Shown: positions 10,093 to 20,591 of the stretch, piece by piece
Numbering within the stretch: position 1 is the stretch's first letter
Layout: each line of letters opens with the position of its first letter
Assembly: GCA_031127075.1 (NCBI GenBank)
Contig: JARIFA010000004.1
Coordinates: forward strand, 3,390-67,389
DNA from: Gemmatimonadota bacterium
GTDB lineage: Bacteria; Gemmatimonadota; Gemmatimonadetes; Gemmatimonadales; Gemmatimonadaceae
Length of the DNA stretch: 64,000 nt
Reading direction: 5' to 3'
Made by a program: the position numbers and the translations under genes
The notes under the pieces: model-generated
Told to the model about the DNA's origin: nothing
The model's input: the letters and a program-made list of their open reading frames with translations, nothing else
The model's database searches: none

Positions 10093-11481
10093 ATGGTCCG
10101 TCTCGTTACTCTGGAGCCGTGCATGCGTCTGATGTCCCGTGCCCTGTTGCTCCTGCTGCTGGTGGTCGCACCGGTGGCGGCGCAGCGCGGTGACCCGATC
10201 GCCCGCCTCGAAGCGGCGCGCGCACGCAGCCCGCAGAGCGTCCCCGCGCTCCGGGCGTTGGGGATCGCCTACTACAAAGCACAGCGATTCCAAGAGGCGG
10301 CGCCCGTGCTCGATCGCGCCCGCACGCTCGACCCGCGGGACGGCGTCTCCGCCCTCTATGCCGGCCTCGCCGCCGAGGCGTTGAACGATCTGTCAGCGGC
10401 GCGCCGCTCGTACGAGGCGTACCTCGAGTTCGGCGTGAGCCGGCGGACGAAGGACCAGATCCGCGCGCGGCTCGTCTCCCTCTCGCGTTTGGAGGCGGTC
10501 GCCGCGGCGAAGGCCGCCGTCGCGAACGAGGCTCAACTCGCCGGGGCACCGGGCTCGCCGCTCACCATCGCGGTCCCGCCGCTCACCTTCCGCGGGACCG
10601 ACACGACGTTGAAGCCGCTCGAGCGCGGTCTCGCCGAGCTGCTGATCACCGACTTGAGCCGCTCCGCGAAGCTGACCGTCGTCGAGCGCGACCGGATGCA
10701 GGCCCTCGCCGACGAGATCGCCCTCGGTGCCTCGGGCGCGGTCGACTCGGGCAGCGCGGTGCGCGCCGGCCGACTGATGCGCGCGGGGACGCTCGTGAAC
10801 GGACTGATCCTCCAGCAGGGGGCGAGCGGCCTCACGCTTGACGCCCGCCTGGTGACGGTCGCCGACGGACGCTTCGGCGAGGGGACGACGGTCACCAACA
10901 CCCTCGACGCGCTCTTCGCGATGGAGAAGCAGCTCGCCTTCGGGCTCTTCGAGCGCCTCGGCGTACAGCTCACGCCGGCCGAGCGACAGCTGGTGGAACG
11001 GCGCCCGACGACGAACCTCAACGCCTTCCTCGCCTACAGCCGCGGCCTGCAGGCCTCGGACGACGGGCGGTTCGAGGACGCGGCCAAGTACTTCGACGAT
11101 GCACGCTCCCTCGACCCCGGCTTCGGCCTCGCGGCGGTCCGGGCGCAGTCGACGAGCGTGGCGGTGCAGGCGGCGAGCACGGGGGTGCAGGTCAACGCCA
11201 CCTCGATCGAGGCCAGCATCCAAGGGACGGCTGAGGCGGCCACCGTCGCGGCAGCCGTCACGGGCAGCACAGGCGCCCCCGCGGGAAGTAACGCCGGGGT
11301 GTCGGGAACGCTGCAGAACGCGTCGCAGTCGCTGAATCCCCCTGCCGTCTCGGTGCAGACCACCTCGAGCGGTGCGCCGGCGGCGGCCCCGACCCCGCAG
11401 CGCGACGCCAGCACGAGCACCACCGCGGTGGACACGCCGGTGCGCACGGGCACGGTCACGATCATCATCCGGCGCCCGTGA
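10093..11481 (+). CDS. Exported TPR protein with CsgG/TolB-N-like alpha/beta domain
   Basis: Signal peptide (LLLLLVVAPVAA|Q), TPR helices (ALRALGIAYYKAQRFQEA), TIAVPPLTF..GLAELLITDLSRSAKLTVVERDRM..RAGRLMRAGTLV, Ser/Thr/Ala/Pro-rich tail. Confidence 0.8.
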   Translation: MVRLVTLEPCMRLMSRALLLLLLVVAPVAAQRGDPIARLEAARARSPQSVPALRALGIAYYKAQRFQEAAPVLDRARTLDPRDGVSALYAGLAAEALNDLSAARRSYEAYLEFGVSRRTKDQIRARLVSLSRLEAVAAAKAAVANEAQLAGAPGSPLTIAVPPLTFRGTDTTLKPLERGLAELLITDLSRSAKLTVVERDRMQALADEIALGASGAVDSGSAVRAGRLMRAGTLVNGLILQQGASGLTLDARLVTVADGRFGEGTTVTNTLDALFAMEKQLAFGLFERLGVQLTPAERQLVERRPTTNLNAFLAYSRGLQASDDGRFEDAAKYFDDARSLDPGFGLAAVRAQSTSVAVQAASTGVQVNATSIEASIQGTAEAATVAAAVTGSTGAPAGSNAGVSGTLQNASQSLNPPAVSVQTTSSGAPAAAPTPQRDASTSTTAVDTPVRTGTVTIIIRRP

Positions 11482-12572
11482 GCCGCTACGCCGCTGCCGG
11501 GGCCCTCGCTCCACTCCTCGCGAGTGGGCTGCTCATCGCCACCTCCGCGGCAGCGCAGGAGGCCGGACGTGCGGTGATCGGCGCGCCCACCGTGACCTCG
11601 TATCAGATCGGGACCGGCGATGCGCAGCGGACGGTCACCCAGACCACGATGCCGGTCGTCGTGCTCCTCCCGATCTCCTCGCGATTCGGGATGGACATCT
11701 CGACGGCGTTCGCCACCTCCGGCGTCGTCGCCGGCGGGGTGACGACGAGCCGCATCTCCGGCCTCACCGACACGCAGCTCCGTGGCAACCTCGCCATCGG
11801 CGACAACATGCTCGTCACGCTCGGCCTCAACCTGCCGACGGGGCAGTATCTGATCCCCGAAGCGCAGCAGGAGGCGGCGGGGCAGATCGGCAACGACTTC
11901 CTCAACTATGCCGTCTCGTCGATGGGGAACGGCCTCGCGGTCACGGGCGGGCTCGCCTATGCCCGACCCATCGGGGCCTGGAACCTCGGCCTCGGCGGGA
12001 GCCTGCGCCGCTCCACGGAGTTCGCCGCGTTCGCCGTGGAGGATGTCGCGTATCGATTCACCCCGGCGGACGAGATGCGCCTCCGCGTCGGCATCGACCG
12101 TCCGGTCGGCGACGGACAACTCGACCTCGGCCTCTCGTATTCGACCTTCGGCGAGGACGTCGCCGACTCCACCGCGGTCAGCACCGGGGATCGCATCATC
12201 GCCTCGGCCTCGCTCGCTCTGCCGGTCCGCGGCGTCGATGCGTTCATCTCGACCTGGAATCTCTTCCGCCTCGAAGGCGAGCAGGTCGGCGGCCTCGCCC
12301 CGCGCGAGAACGTCTTCAACCTCACGACCGGCGTCAGCGTGATGTGGGGCTCGACGCTGGTGCAGCCCAACGTCGAGACGCGGCTCTGGTCCGCGGGCGG
12401 GGTCCGCGCCGGCAACCTCCTGAGCCTTGGGGTCCGGGCCCGGGTCGGCATCGGCGCGCTGGGCGTGTATCCTTCGGTGGGGCTCAGCACCGGGACCCTG
12501 TTCGACCTCACTGACGGGAGCGAGACTCGCCTGTCCGGGTTCCGCGGCAGCCTCACGGTCCGCTGGAACTGA
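11478..12572 (+). CDS. Outer-membrane beta-barrel protein (COG4313/Phenol_MetA_deg-like)
   Basis: Signal peptide, alternating hydrophobic strands, GLTDTQLR..TLGLNLPTG motif, C-terminal LTVRWN; GTGA overlap with the TPR gene. Confidence 0.72.
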   Translation: MSRYAAAGALAPLLASGLLIATSAAAQEAGRAVIGAPTVTSYQIGTGDAQRTVTQTTMPVVVLLPISSRFGMDISTAFATSGVVAGGVTTSRISGLTDTQLRGNLAIGDNMLVTLGLNLPTGQYLIPEAQQEAAGQIGNDFLNYAVSSMGNGLAVTGGLAYARPIGAWNLGLGGSLRRSTEFAAFAVEDVAYRFTPADEMRLRVGIDRPVGDGQLDLGLSYSTFGEDVADSTAVSTGDRIIASASLALPVRGVDAFISTWNLFRLEGEQVGGLAPRENVFNLTTGVSVMWGSTLVQPNVETRLWSAGGVRAGNLLSLGVRARVGIGALGVYPSVGLSTGTLFDLTDGSETRLSGFRGSLTVRWN

Positions 12573-12611
12573 CTCGCGGCCCCGCCCCGCCCTCCCTGAC
12601 GGACGCGTCCG

Positions 12612-13355
12612 ATGGCCGGTCATAGTAAGTGGAAGCAGATCAAGCATTACAAGGCGGCCGCCGACGCGAAGCGCGGCGCCATCTTCACGAAGCTCCTGCG
12701 TGAGATCACCGTCGCCGCCAAGTCCGGCGGGGGCGACCCCGATGGCAACCCGCGGCTCCGCACGGCGATCGACAACGCGAAAGCGCAGTCCTGCCCGAAG
12801 GAGAACATCGAGCGCGCCATCAAGAAGGGGACCGGCGAACTCGAGGGCGTCGACTACGTCGAAGTGCTGTACGAAGCGTACGGCCCCGGCGGCGTCGCCC
12901 TGATGATCCAAGCCCTCTCGGACAACCCGACGCGCACGGTGGCCGAGATCCGCGCCAAACTCTCGCGCGGCGGCGGCAACCTGGGCACGTCGAACTCCGT
13001 CGCGTTCATGTTCGACCGGAAGGGCCAGATCACCGTCCCGGCGAACGGCCGCGACGAGGATGCGGTGATGGAACCGATCCTCGAGGCGGGCGCCGAGGAC
13101 TTCGCGCGCGAGGACGATCACTTCGTGATCACCACGGCGCCGGCCGACCTGCACGCGGTCTCGCGGGCGCTCGAGACCGCGGGGCTCGTCGCGTCAGAGG
13201 CCGCGCTCGCGTGGATCCCGAAGAGCACGGTGCGCGTGGAGGGAACGACGGCGGAGCAGCTGCTCAAGCTCCTCGAGGCGCTCGAGGACCTCGACGACGT
13301 GCAGAAGGTCGACGCGAACTTCGACATGGATATGTCGGAGATGTCGGCGGGGTGA
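12612..13355 (+). CDS. yebC: YebC/PmpR family protein
   Basis: MAGHSKWKQIKHYK, GGGDPDGNPRLR, YEAYGPGGVA, LEDLDDVQKV. Confidence 0.97.
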   Translation: MAGHSKWKQIKHYKAAADAKRGAIFTKLLREITVAAKSGGGDPDGNPRLRTAIDNAKAQSCPKENIERAIKKGTGELEGVDYVEVLYEAYGPGGVALMIQALSDNPTRTVAEIRAKLSRGGGNLGTSNSVAFMFDRKGQITVPANGRDEDAVMEPILEAGAEDFAREDDHFVITTAPADLHAVSRALETAGLVASEAALAWIPKSTVRVEGTTAEQLLKLLEALEDLDDVQKVDANFDMDMSEMSAG

Positions 13356-13377
13356 GCGGCGTGCCCCGGGGCCGACC

Positions 13378-13875
13378 GTGCTGATCCTCGGCATCGACCC
13401 CGGCACCGCGGTCACCGGGTTCGGCGTCGTGCGCGCCGACCCGCGTCCCACGCTGGTGGAGTGCGGCGTGATCCGCACGGCCCCCACACAACCTTTGGCC
13501 GAGCGACTCCGCGACATCGCCGAGGGCGTGCGTGAACTGCTCACCCGCCATCGGCCCGACGCGATGGCGGTCGAGGCGATCTTCTACGCGCGGAACGTCC
13601 GCACCACCATCGTGCTCGGCCACGCCCGCGGCGTCATCCTCCTCGCGGGCGCGGAGGCCGGGCTCCCGATCCACGAATACCCGCCTGCCGACATCAAGAA
13701 GGCGATCACCGGCACCGGCGCCGCCACCAAGACCCAGGTGCAATACATGGTCTCGCAGCTCCTCCGCCTGAAGTCCCCCCCGCAGCCGGCGGACGCCGCC
13801 GACGGCGTCGCCGCGGCGCTGACCTGTGCGCTCCGCCAGCCGCTGGCCCGCGCCCTCGCCGGGAGCCGTCGATGA
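13378..13875 (+). CDS. ruvC: Holliday junction resolvase RuvC
   Basis: ILGIDPGTAVTGFGVV, AVEAIF, LGHARGVI, GTGAATKTQV, DAADGVA. Confidence 0.97.
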   Translation: MLILGIDPGTAVTGFGVVRADPRPTLVECGVIRTAPTQPLAERLRDIAEGVRELLTRHRPDAMAVEAIFYARNVRTTIVLGHARGVILLAGAEAGLPIHEYPPADIKKAITGTGAATKTQVQYMVSQLLRLKSPPQPADAADGVAAALTCALRQPLARALAGSRR

Positions 13876-14477
13876 TCGCGCGCATCCAGGGCACCCTCGT
13901 CGCGCACGCGATCGACCGCATCGAGGTCCTCACCGCGGGCGGGATCGCGTACGAGATCCTCGTCCCGCTCGCCGTCCTGGAGCGGCTCCCGCGCCCCGGC
14001 GGCGAAATCGCGCTGCATACCGCACTTGTGGTGCGCGACGATGCGTGGCTCCTCTTCGGCTTCGCGACGGCCGAGGAACGTCGCCTCTTCCAGCGCCTGA
14101 TGGGGACGACGGGCGTCGGCCCCTCGCTCGCGATGAACCTCCTCTCGACGCTGACCGCGGAGCGGCTGGTGCGCGCCGTGCGCGAGGGGGATCTCGCGAC
14201 GCTGACGCAGGTGCCCCGTGTGGGGAAGAAGCTCGCCGAGCGGCTCGTGCTCGAGCTGCGCGACAAGCTCGAGGGGGGCGACCTCCCCGCCGGTCCGGTC
14301 TCTGGCGCGGGGAGCGGGAGCAGCGGCGGCCCAGGGGCGGATGCGGTCCGTGCGCTCGTCGCGCTCGGGTACGGCGCATCGGACGCGGAGCGCGCGGTCC
14401 GGCGCGCCCTCGAGGGCGCCCCCACGGGCGAGTCGACAGCCGACCTGATCCGCCGGTCGCTCGCCGCGCTCGGCTAG
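13872..14477 (+). CDS. ruvA: Holliday junction branch migration protein RuvA
   Basis: [49 protein letters not shown]. Confidence 0.97.
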   Translation: MIARIQGTLVAHAIDRIEVLTAGGIAYEILVPLAVLERLPRPGGEIALHTALVVRDDAWLLFGFATAEERRLFQRLMGTTGVGPSLAMNLLSTLTAERLVRAVREGDLATLTQVPRVGKKLAERLVLELRDKLEGGDLPAGPVSGAGSGSSGGPGADAVRALVALGYGASDAERAVRRALEGAPTGESTADLIRRSLAALG

Positions 14478-14487
14478 ATTCCCCGCG

Positions 14488-15519
14488 ATGAGCCGGCCCG
14501 AGATCACCACCCCGGAGTCCCTCGCCGACGAGTCGGTGGTGGAACTCTCGCTGCGCCCGCAGCGGCTCGCGGAGTTCATCGGGCAGGGGAAGGTGAAGGA
14601 GGCGCTCCGCATCTATCTCGATGCGGCGCTCGCGCGGAAGGAACCGCTCGACCACGCGCTCCTCTTCGGCCCGCCGGGCCTCGGGAAGACGACGCTCGCG
14701 GAGTTGATCGCGCGCGAACTCGGCGTGAACCTCCACACCACGTCGGGGCCGGCGCTCGAAAAGCCGGGGGACCTCGTGGGAACGCTCACGAACCTCCGCG
14801 CCGGGGACATCCTCTTCATCGACGAGATCCATCGCCTGCGGCCCGTCATCGATGAGTTCCTCTATCCCGCGATGGAGGACGCGCGCATCGACATCCGCCT
14901 CTCCGAGGGCCCGAAGGCGCAGACGATCACGATGCCGATCGAGCGCTTCACGCTCCTCGGCGCGACGACGCGGCTCGGGATGCTCACGGCGCCGCTCCGC
15001 GCCCGCTTTGGGATCGAGCTCCGGCTGAATTACTACCCGGCGGCGGAGATCGAGGAGATTGTGCACCGCACCGCCGCCGTGCTCGGGGCGGGAATCGACG
15101 CCGCGGGCGCGCACGAGATCGCGCGGCGCGCGCGCGGGACCCCGCGCGTGGCGAACCGGCTGCTACGGCGCGTCCGCGACTTCGCGCAGGTGCGCGCGGG
15201 CGGGCACATCTCGCGCGATGTCGCGCGGGACGCCCTCGCGATGCTCGACGTCGACGAGTTCGGGCTCGACGAGATGGACACGCGCGTCCTGCGCGCCATC
15301 ATCGAGAAGTTCGACGGCGGACCCGTCGGGGTGACGACGATCGCCGCTGCCGTGGGTGAGGAGCCCGACACGCTCGAGGAGGTGTACGAGCCCTTCCTCG
15401 TGCAACACGGCTTCCTGCAGCGCACCCCGCGCGGCCGCGTCGCCACCGCGCAGGCGTACCGCCACCTCGGCTATCCGCCCCCGGCGACGCCGCCCGCCCC
15501 GCAGGCCGACCTGTTCTGA
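14488..15519 (+). CDS. ruvB: Holliday junction helicase RuvB
   Basis: [54 protein letters not shown]. Confidence 0.98.
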   Translation: MSRPEITTPESLADESVVELSLRPQRLAEFIGQGKVKEALRIYLDAALARKEPLDHALLFGPPGLGKTTLAELIARELGVNLHTTSGPALEKPGDLVGTLTNLRAGDILFIDEIHRLRPVIDEFLYPAMEDARIDIRLSEGPKAQTITMPIERFTLLGATTRLGMLTAPLRARFGIELRLNYYPAAEIEEIVHRTAAVLGAGIDAAGAHEIARRARGTPRVANRLLRRVRDFAQVRAGGHISRDVARDALAMLDVDEFGLDEMDTRVLRAIIEKFDGGPVGVTTIAAAVGEEPDTLEEVYEPFLVQHGFLQRTPRGRVATAQAYRHLGYPPPATPPAPQADLF

Positions 15520-15521
15520 CG

Positions 15522-16589
15522 ATGGGCGACGGCGACGACCGCCGCGCCCCGGAGACGCCGGCCCTCGGCCTCCGCACCGCGGACTACGACTTCCATCTCC
15601 CGCCCGACCGGATCGCGCAGTACCCGACGGCGCGGCGCGACGAGAGCCGCCTGATGGTCGTGGACCGCACCGCCGGCACGGTCGCGCACCACACCTTCCG
15701 TGATCTGCCGCGGTTCCTCCGCGCCGGCGACACCCTCGTGGTGAACACCACGCGCGTCTTCCGCGCACGGCTGCTGGGGACGCGCGCCTCGGGCGCGCCA
15801 GCGGAGATCCTGCTGCTCCGCCCGCTCGCCGACGGCCGGTGGGAGGCGATGGTCCAGCCCGGTGCCAAGCTTAAGCCGGGACGTCGAGTCACGATCGCGG
15901 CGGGGTTCGCCGTGGACGTGGAGGAACCGACCGCGGAGGGGACACGCGCGGTCCGGCTCCTCGCCGAGGACCCAGCCGCGATGATCGCAGCGCACGGGCA
16001 TATCCCGCTCCCGCCGTACATCGCCCGCGCCGATGGCGCCGATGACGCCGAGCGGTACCAGACGGTGTACGCGCGCGAGGAGGGCTCCGTCGCCGCCCCG
16101 ACTGCGGGCCTGCACTTCACCCCGGACCTCCTCGCCACCCTCGAGGCGCAGGGGATCACGCGCGCCGAGGTGCTGCTGCACGTGGGAGCCGGGACCTTCA
16201 AGCCCGTGGATGTCGAGGACCCGGCCGCGCACCGGATGCATCGCGAGTGGTACGAGGTCCGACCCGAGATGGCCACGCGCCTCGACGCGACCCGCGCGGG
16301 CGGGGGCCGGGTCTGCGCCGTCGGGACCACCGCCCTGCGCACGCTCGAGACCATCCACACGGCGGGCGCCTTCCGCGCGGGGAGCGGCGAGACCGACATC
16401 TTCATCCGCCCGCCGCACCGCCCGACCGGCGCCGACCTCCTCGTGACGAACTTCCACCTCCCCCGCTCGACCCTGCTGATGCTCGTCGCCGCGATGGCGG
16501 GGTATGACCTCATGCGCCACGCCTACGACGTCGCGGTGCGCGAGGGGTATCGCTTCTACTCCTACGGCGACGCGATGCTGATCGCCTGA
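15522..16589 (+). CDS. queA: tRNA preQ1(34) S-adenosylmethionine ribosyltransferase-isomerase
   Basis: DYDFHLPPDRIAQYP, GHIPLPPYI, YQTVYA, GSVAAPTAGLHF, TNFHLPRSTL, YRFYSYGDAMLI. Confidence 0.98.
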   Translation: MGDGDDRRAPETPALGLRTADYDFHLPPDRIAQYPTARRDESRLMVVDRTAGTVAHHTFRDLPRFLRAGDTLVVNTTRVFRARLLGTRASGAPAEILLLRPLADGRWEAMVQPGAKLKPGRRVTIAAGFAVDVEEPTAEGTRAVRLLAEDPAAMIAAHGHIPLPPYIARADGADDAERYQTVYAREEGSVAAPTAGLHFTPDLLATLEAQGITRAEVLLHVGAGTFKPVDVEDPAAHRMHREWYEVRPEMATRLDATRAGGGRVCAVGTTALRTLETIHTAGAFRAGSGETDIFIRPPHRPTGADLLVTNFHLPRSTLLMLVAAMAGYDLMRHAYDVAVREGYRFYSYGDAMLIA

Positions 16590-16632
16590 GCCGCGCCGCT
16601 AGATTTCCCGACGTCCCTCCACCCTCGAGACC

Positions 16633-16980
16633 ATGGCCCTCCTCCCGATCCTCGCTCAGACCGCCGCCGCGCAGCCCGCCGCGGGCGGCTCCGCCGCCGG
16701 CACGCTGTTCATGTTCGGCTCGATCTTCGCGATCTTCTACTTCCTCGTCATCCGCCCGCAGGCGAAGGAGCGGAAGGCGCACGAGGCCCGCGTGATGGGC
16801 ATCAAGAAGGGCGACGCGATCGTGACCGCCGGCGGGATCGTCGGCGAGGTGGTGCACATCGCCGCCGGCGCCACGGCCGGCCTGGGCGACCACGTCACGA
16901 TCAAGAGCGGCGAGGCGCGACTCATCGTCACGCGTGGGCGCATCGTCTCCGTCGGCGGGAGCGCCGAGGTCGCGGCGTAA
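16633..16980 (+). CDS. yajC: Preprotein translocase subunit YajC
   Basis: IFYFLVIRPQ, IKKGDAIVTAGGIVGEV. Confidence 0.93.
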   Translation: MALLPILAQTAAAQPAAGGSAAGTLFMFGSIFAIFYFLVIRPQAKERKAHEARVMGIKKGDAIVTAGGIVGEVVHIAAGATAGLGDHVTIKSGEARLIVTRGRIVSVGGSAEVAA

Positions 16981-17549
16981 TGGCCGTCCTCCCGATCACG
17001 GTCCTCGGCGCACCGATCCTCCGCGAGGAGACGGTGCCGGTCGCGGTCGTGACGGACGAGCTGCGCCAGCTCGCGTCGGACATGTTCGAGACGATGCAGG
17101 TCGCCGACGGCGTCGGCCTGGCGGCGCCACAGGTGGGGCGTCGCGAGCGACTCTGCGTCGTCGAGGTCGAGGCGACGCGGCTCACGCTGTTCAATCCCGA
17201 GATCGTCGCCCGCGCGGGACGGATCAAGTGGGAGGAGGGGTGCCTCTCCATCCCGAATACCTTCGGCACCGTCGATCGGTCCGAGGAAGTGACCGTCCGC
17301 GCGATGAACGAACACGGCGAGACCATCGAAGTCACGGCGGACGGTCTCCTCGGTGTCTGCCTGCAGCACGAGATCGACCATCTCCACGGGAAGCTCTTCA
17401 TCGACCACCTGAGCTTCCTCAAGCGGCGCAGCGTGCTCGCCGCGTGGGAGAAGGAGAAGGGACGGTATCCGAAACTGCTGCGCGTCTTCGGCCCTGGGGG
17501 CACGGAACCCGAGCCGACGACCGAGCACGCCGCCGAGCCGCGGATCTGA
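16980..17549 (+). CDS. def: Peptide deformylase
   Basis: GVGLAAPQVG, EGCLSIP, QHEIDHLHG. Confidence 0.98.
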   Translation: MAVLPITVLGAPILREETVPVAVVTDELRQLASDMFETMQVADGVGLAAPQVGRRERLCVVEVEATRLTLFNPEIVARAGRIKWEEGCLSIPNTFGTVDRSEEVTVRAMNEHGETIEVTADGLLGVCLQHEIDHLHGKLFIDHLSFLKRRSVLAAWEKEKGRYPKLLRVFGPGGTEPEPTTEHAAEPRI

Positions 17550-18491
17550 GTGCGCCTCCTCTTCTGGGGGACCCCGGAGTTCGCGGCGCCGCCGCTGCGC
17601 GCGCTGATCGGTGAGGGGCACGAGGTCGTCGGCGTCGTCACGCAGCCCGATCGCCCCCAGGGCCGCTCCCGTTCCACCCTCGTCCCCTCGCCCGTGAAGC
17701 AGGTCGCGCTCGAGGAGGGGATCCCGGTCCTCCAGCCCGACCGCCCGCGCGGTGACGAGTTCCTCGCAGAGATCCGGGCGCTCCAGCCCGAGCTCTCCGT
17801 CGTCGTGGCGTACGGGCATCTCCTCCGCGACGAGGTCATCTCCCTCCCGCCGCGCGGCACGCTGAACATCCACGCCTCGCTCCTCCCGCGGTGGCGCGGG
17901 GCGGCGCCGATCCAGGCCGCGCTCCTCGCCGGCGACGCCGAGACCGGCGTGACGATCATGCAGATGGTGCGCGCGCTCGATGCGGGGCCGATGCTCCTCA
18001 CCCTCCCGACGCCGATCGCGCCGGGGGAGACCGGGGGCGAGCTCACCGAGCGCCTCTCGGAGCTCGGCGCGGAGGCGATCGTCGAGGCGGTCACCCTCCT
18101 CGAGCTCGGGGAGCTCACCGCGACGCCGCAGGACGACGCGGCGAGCACCTACGCGCCGAAGATCGACCGGACGTCGGCGCGGCTCGATTGGACGCGCCCC
18201 GCCGCCGAGGTCGGACGCGCGATCCAGGCGTACGATCCGAAGCCCGGGGCTTGGGGCCTCGTGCGGGACGCCGAGGTGCGCTGCTTCGGGGCACGGCTGC
18301 TGCCCGATCGTCGGGGAGACGCCGGCGAGGTCCTCGAGGTGGGGGAGCTGGGGATGGTCGTCGCCTGCGGTGACGGGGCGGTCGCCATCGAGTCGGTGCA
18401 CCCGGCGGGCCGGCGGCGTCTCGCCTCGCTCGACTGGGCCCAGGGCCGCGGCATCGCTGTCGGGGACCGCTGGGCGCTCCTCGAGCGCTGA
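17550..18491 (+). CDS. fmt: Methionyl-tRNA formyltransferase
   Basis: FWGTPEFA, VVTQPDRPQGR, NIHASLLPRWRGAAPIQ, ETGVTIMQM. Confidence 0.98.
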   Translation: MRLLFWGTPEFAAPPLRALIGEGHEVVGVVTQPDRPQGRSRSTLVPSPVKQVALEEGIPVLQPDRPRGDEFLAEIRALQPELSVVVAYGHLLRDEVISLPPRGTLNIHASLLPRWRGAAPIQAALLAGDAETGVTIMQMVRALDAGPMLLTLPTPIAPGETGGELTERLSELGAEAIVEAVTLLELGELTATPQDDAASTYAPKIDRTSARLDWTRPAAEVGRAIQAYDPKPGAWGLVRDAEVRCFGARLLPDRRGDAGEVLEVGELGMVVACGDGAVAIESVHPAGRRRLASLDWAQGRGIAVGDRWALLER

Positions 18492-18586
18492 CCCGTCGGG
18501 CACGATCTGACGCGCCCGCGGTCCCCCGAGGCAAGGGGACGCACCCGCCGGACGGTGGCACCGCCGGGCCGGGTATCTTTCCCGTG

Positions 18587-19915
18587 ATGTCTCCTGCCGT
18601 CGCCACCATCACCGACGCCCGGCGCGCCGCCGCGGATCTGCTCGCCGACCTGCGGTCGGGCGTGCTCCTCGACGCGGCCTTCGACCGGCGCACGGCCGCG
18701 CTCGAGCCGCGCGATCGCCGCTGGGTGCAGGAGCTCGTCTGGACGATGCTGCGCCGTCGCGGCGCGCTCGACCATCGGATCGCGCCCTGCGTCACGGGGG
18801 GCTTCGCGCGCATCGATGCCGACGTCGCCGACCTTCTGCGGCTCGGTGCGGCGCAACTCTTCCAGATGGACAGCGTGCCCGCCTACGCCGCGATCGCACA
18901 GACCGTCGAGCTCGCGAAGCGTCGCCACGGCCCCGGGGCGGGCGGCCTCGTGAACGCGGTCCTCCGCCGCCTCGATCGCGAACGCGACCTCCCCGCCCCT
19001 CCGCTCCCGACCGACCCGGTCGAGGCGATGGCGGTCACGCACTCGCATCCGCGCTGGCTCGTCGCGCGGTGGGTGGCACGCTGGGGGGCGACGGCCACGC
19101 AGGCCCTGCTGGAGGCGAACAACGCGGAAGCGCCGATCCATCTCCGCCCGTGGGGGTGCACCACCGCGGAGCTCGCGGCGATGTGCGCCGCCGAGGGTGT
19201 CACGACCGAGCCGGCGCCGCTCCTCGACGACGCCCTGCGCCTCCCCACCGGCACCGCGCTCACCGCGCTCACCGCCTTCCGTGAGGGCCGGTGCCTCGTG
19301 CAGGACCCCGCGGCGACGCTCGTGACGCGCTACGCGGCGATCCCACCGGGGGCCCGCGTCGCGGACCTCTGCGCGGCCCCGGGCGGGAAGGCGGTGGAGC
19401 TCGCGCGCACCGCCTCGGAGGTCATCGCGGCCGATGCCTCGGAGGGGCGACTCGCGCGACTCGAGGCGACGATCGAGCGCCTGCACCTCGAGCACGTCAC
19501 CCCAGTGGTCTGCGACGCGCGGGAGGCGCGCACGCTCGGCACCTTCGACGCGGTGCTCGTCGACGCGCCCTGCACAGGGACCGGGACCTTCCGTCGCCAT
19601 CCCGACGCGCGCTGGCGCCTCAAGCCCTCCGACCTCGCGGTGATGTCGGCCGTACAGCGCGCCATCCTCCGGGGTGCCGCGGACGCGGTCGCGCCGGGCG
19701 GCCTGCTCATCTACTCCACCTGCTCCCTCGAGCTGGAAGAGGACGATGCGCCGATCGAGGCCTTCCTCGCGGCGCACCCGGAGTGGAGCTTGGAGCCACC
19801 GCCGGAGGGGACGGTCCCGGCGTCGACGCTCGACGCCGGCCGCCTCCGTGTCCTGCCCCACCGCCACGCCACTGACGGTTCGTTCGCGGCGCGCCTGCGC
19901 CGAGGAGTCGCCTGA
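18587..19915 (+). CDS. rsmB: 16S rRNA m5C967 methyltransferase RsmB/Sun
   Basis: NusB-like N-terminus (VNAVLRR), VQDPAA, DLCAAPGGK, LVDAPCTGTG, IYSTCSLE. Alternative GTG start at 18584. Confidence 0.95.
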   Translation: MSPAVATITDARRAAADLLADLRSGVLLDAAFDRRTAALEPRDRRWVQELVWTMLRRRGALDHRIAPCVTGGFARIDADVADLLRLGAAQLFQMDSVPAYAAIAQTVELAKRRHGPGAGGLVNAVLRRLDRERDLPAPPLPTDPVEAMAVTHSHPRWLVARWVARWGATATQALLEANNAEAPIHLRPWGCTTAELAAMCAAEGVTTEPAPLLDDALRLPTGTALTALTAFREGRCLVQDPAATLVTRYAAIPPGARVADLCAAPGGKAVELARTASEVIAADASEGRLARLEATIERLHLEHVTPVVCDAREARTLGTFDAVLVDAPCTGTGTFRRHPDARWRLKPSDLAVMSAVQRAILRGAADAVAPGGLLIYSTCSLELEEDDAPIEAFLAAHPEWSLEPPPEGTVPASTLDAGRLRVLPHRHATDGSFAARLRRGVA

Positions 19916-19916
19916 G

Positions 19917-20591
19917 ATGCCCGCTGCCTCCGTCCGTATCGCCCCCTCGCTCCTCTCCGCCGACTTCGGCCGCCTCGCCGAGGACCTCGCGATGCTCGAG
20001 GCCGCCGGGGCCGACTGGCTGCACGTCGACGTGATGGACGGTGTCTTCGTGCCGAACCTCACCTTCGGCGCGAAGGTCATCGAGACCTGCAAGCGGCTCA
20101 CGCGCCTCCCGCTCGACTGCCACCTGATGGTCGTCGAGCCGGAGAAATACGTCGAGGCGTTCGCGCAGGCGGGCGCCGATACCCTCACGATCCACGTCGA
20201 GGCGGCGCCGCACCTGCATCGCCAAGTGATGCGGATCAAGGAACTCGGCGTGAAGGCCGGCGCGACGCTCAATCCGTCGACGTCGCTCGAGACGGTGCGC
20301 GAGGTCGCGGCCGACCTCGACCTGCTGCTCATCATGAGCGTCAACCCCGGCTTCGGCGGGCAGCGCTTCATCCCCGCGTCGGTGGACAAGGTCGCGCGCG
20401 CGCGGCAGCTCCTCGACGCGACGGGGAGCCGGGCCGTGCTGGAGGTCGACGGTGGGATCTCGCGCGAGACGATCGCCGCCTGCTGGCGCGCCGGCGCGGA
20501 CACCTTCGTCGCGGGGAATGCGATCTTCTCCGCCGCCGATCCGACGGCCGAAGTCGCGGCGCTCCGCGCGCGTTGCTCGGAGCAGGCGTGA
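19917..20591 (+). CDS. rpe: Ribulose-phosphate 3-epimerase
   Basis: IAPSLLSADF, HVDVMDGVFVPNLTFG, MSVNPGFGGQ, EVDGGI. Confidence 0.98.
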   Translation: MPAASVRIAPSLLSADFGRLAEDLAMLEAAGADWLHVDVMDGVFVPNLTFGAKVIETCKRLTRLPLDCHLMVVEPEKYVEAFAQAGADTLTIHVEAAPHLHRQVMRIKELGVKAGATLNPSTSLETVREVAADLDLLLIMSVNPGFGGQRFIPASVDKVARARQLLDATGSRAVLEVDGGISRETIAACWRAGADTFVAGNAIFSAADPTAEVAALRARCSEQA

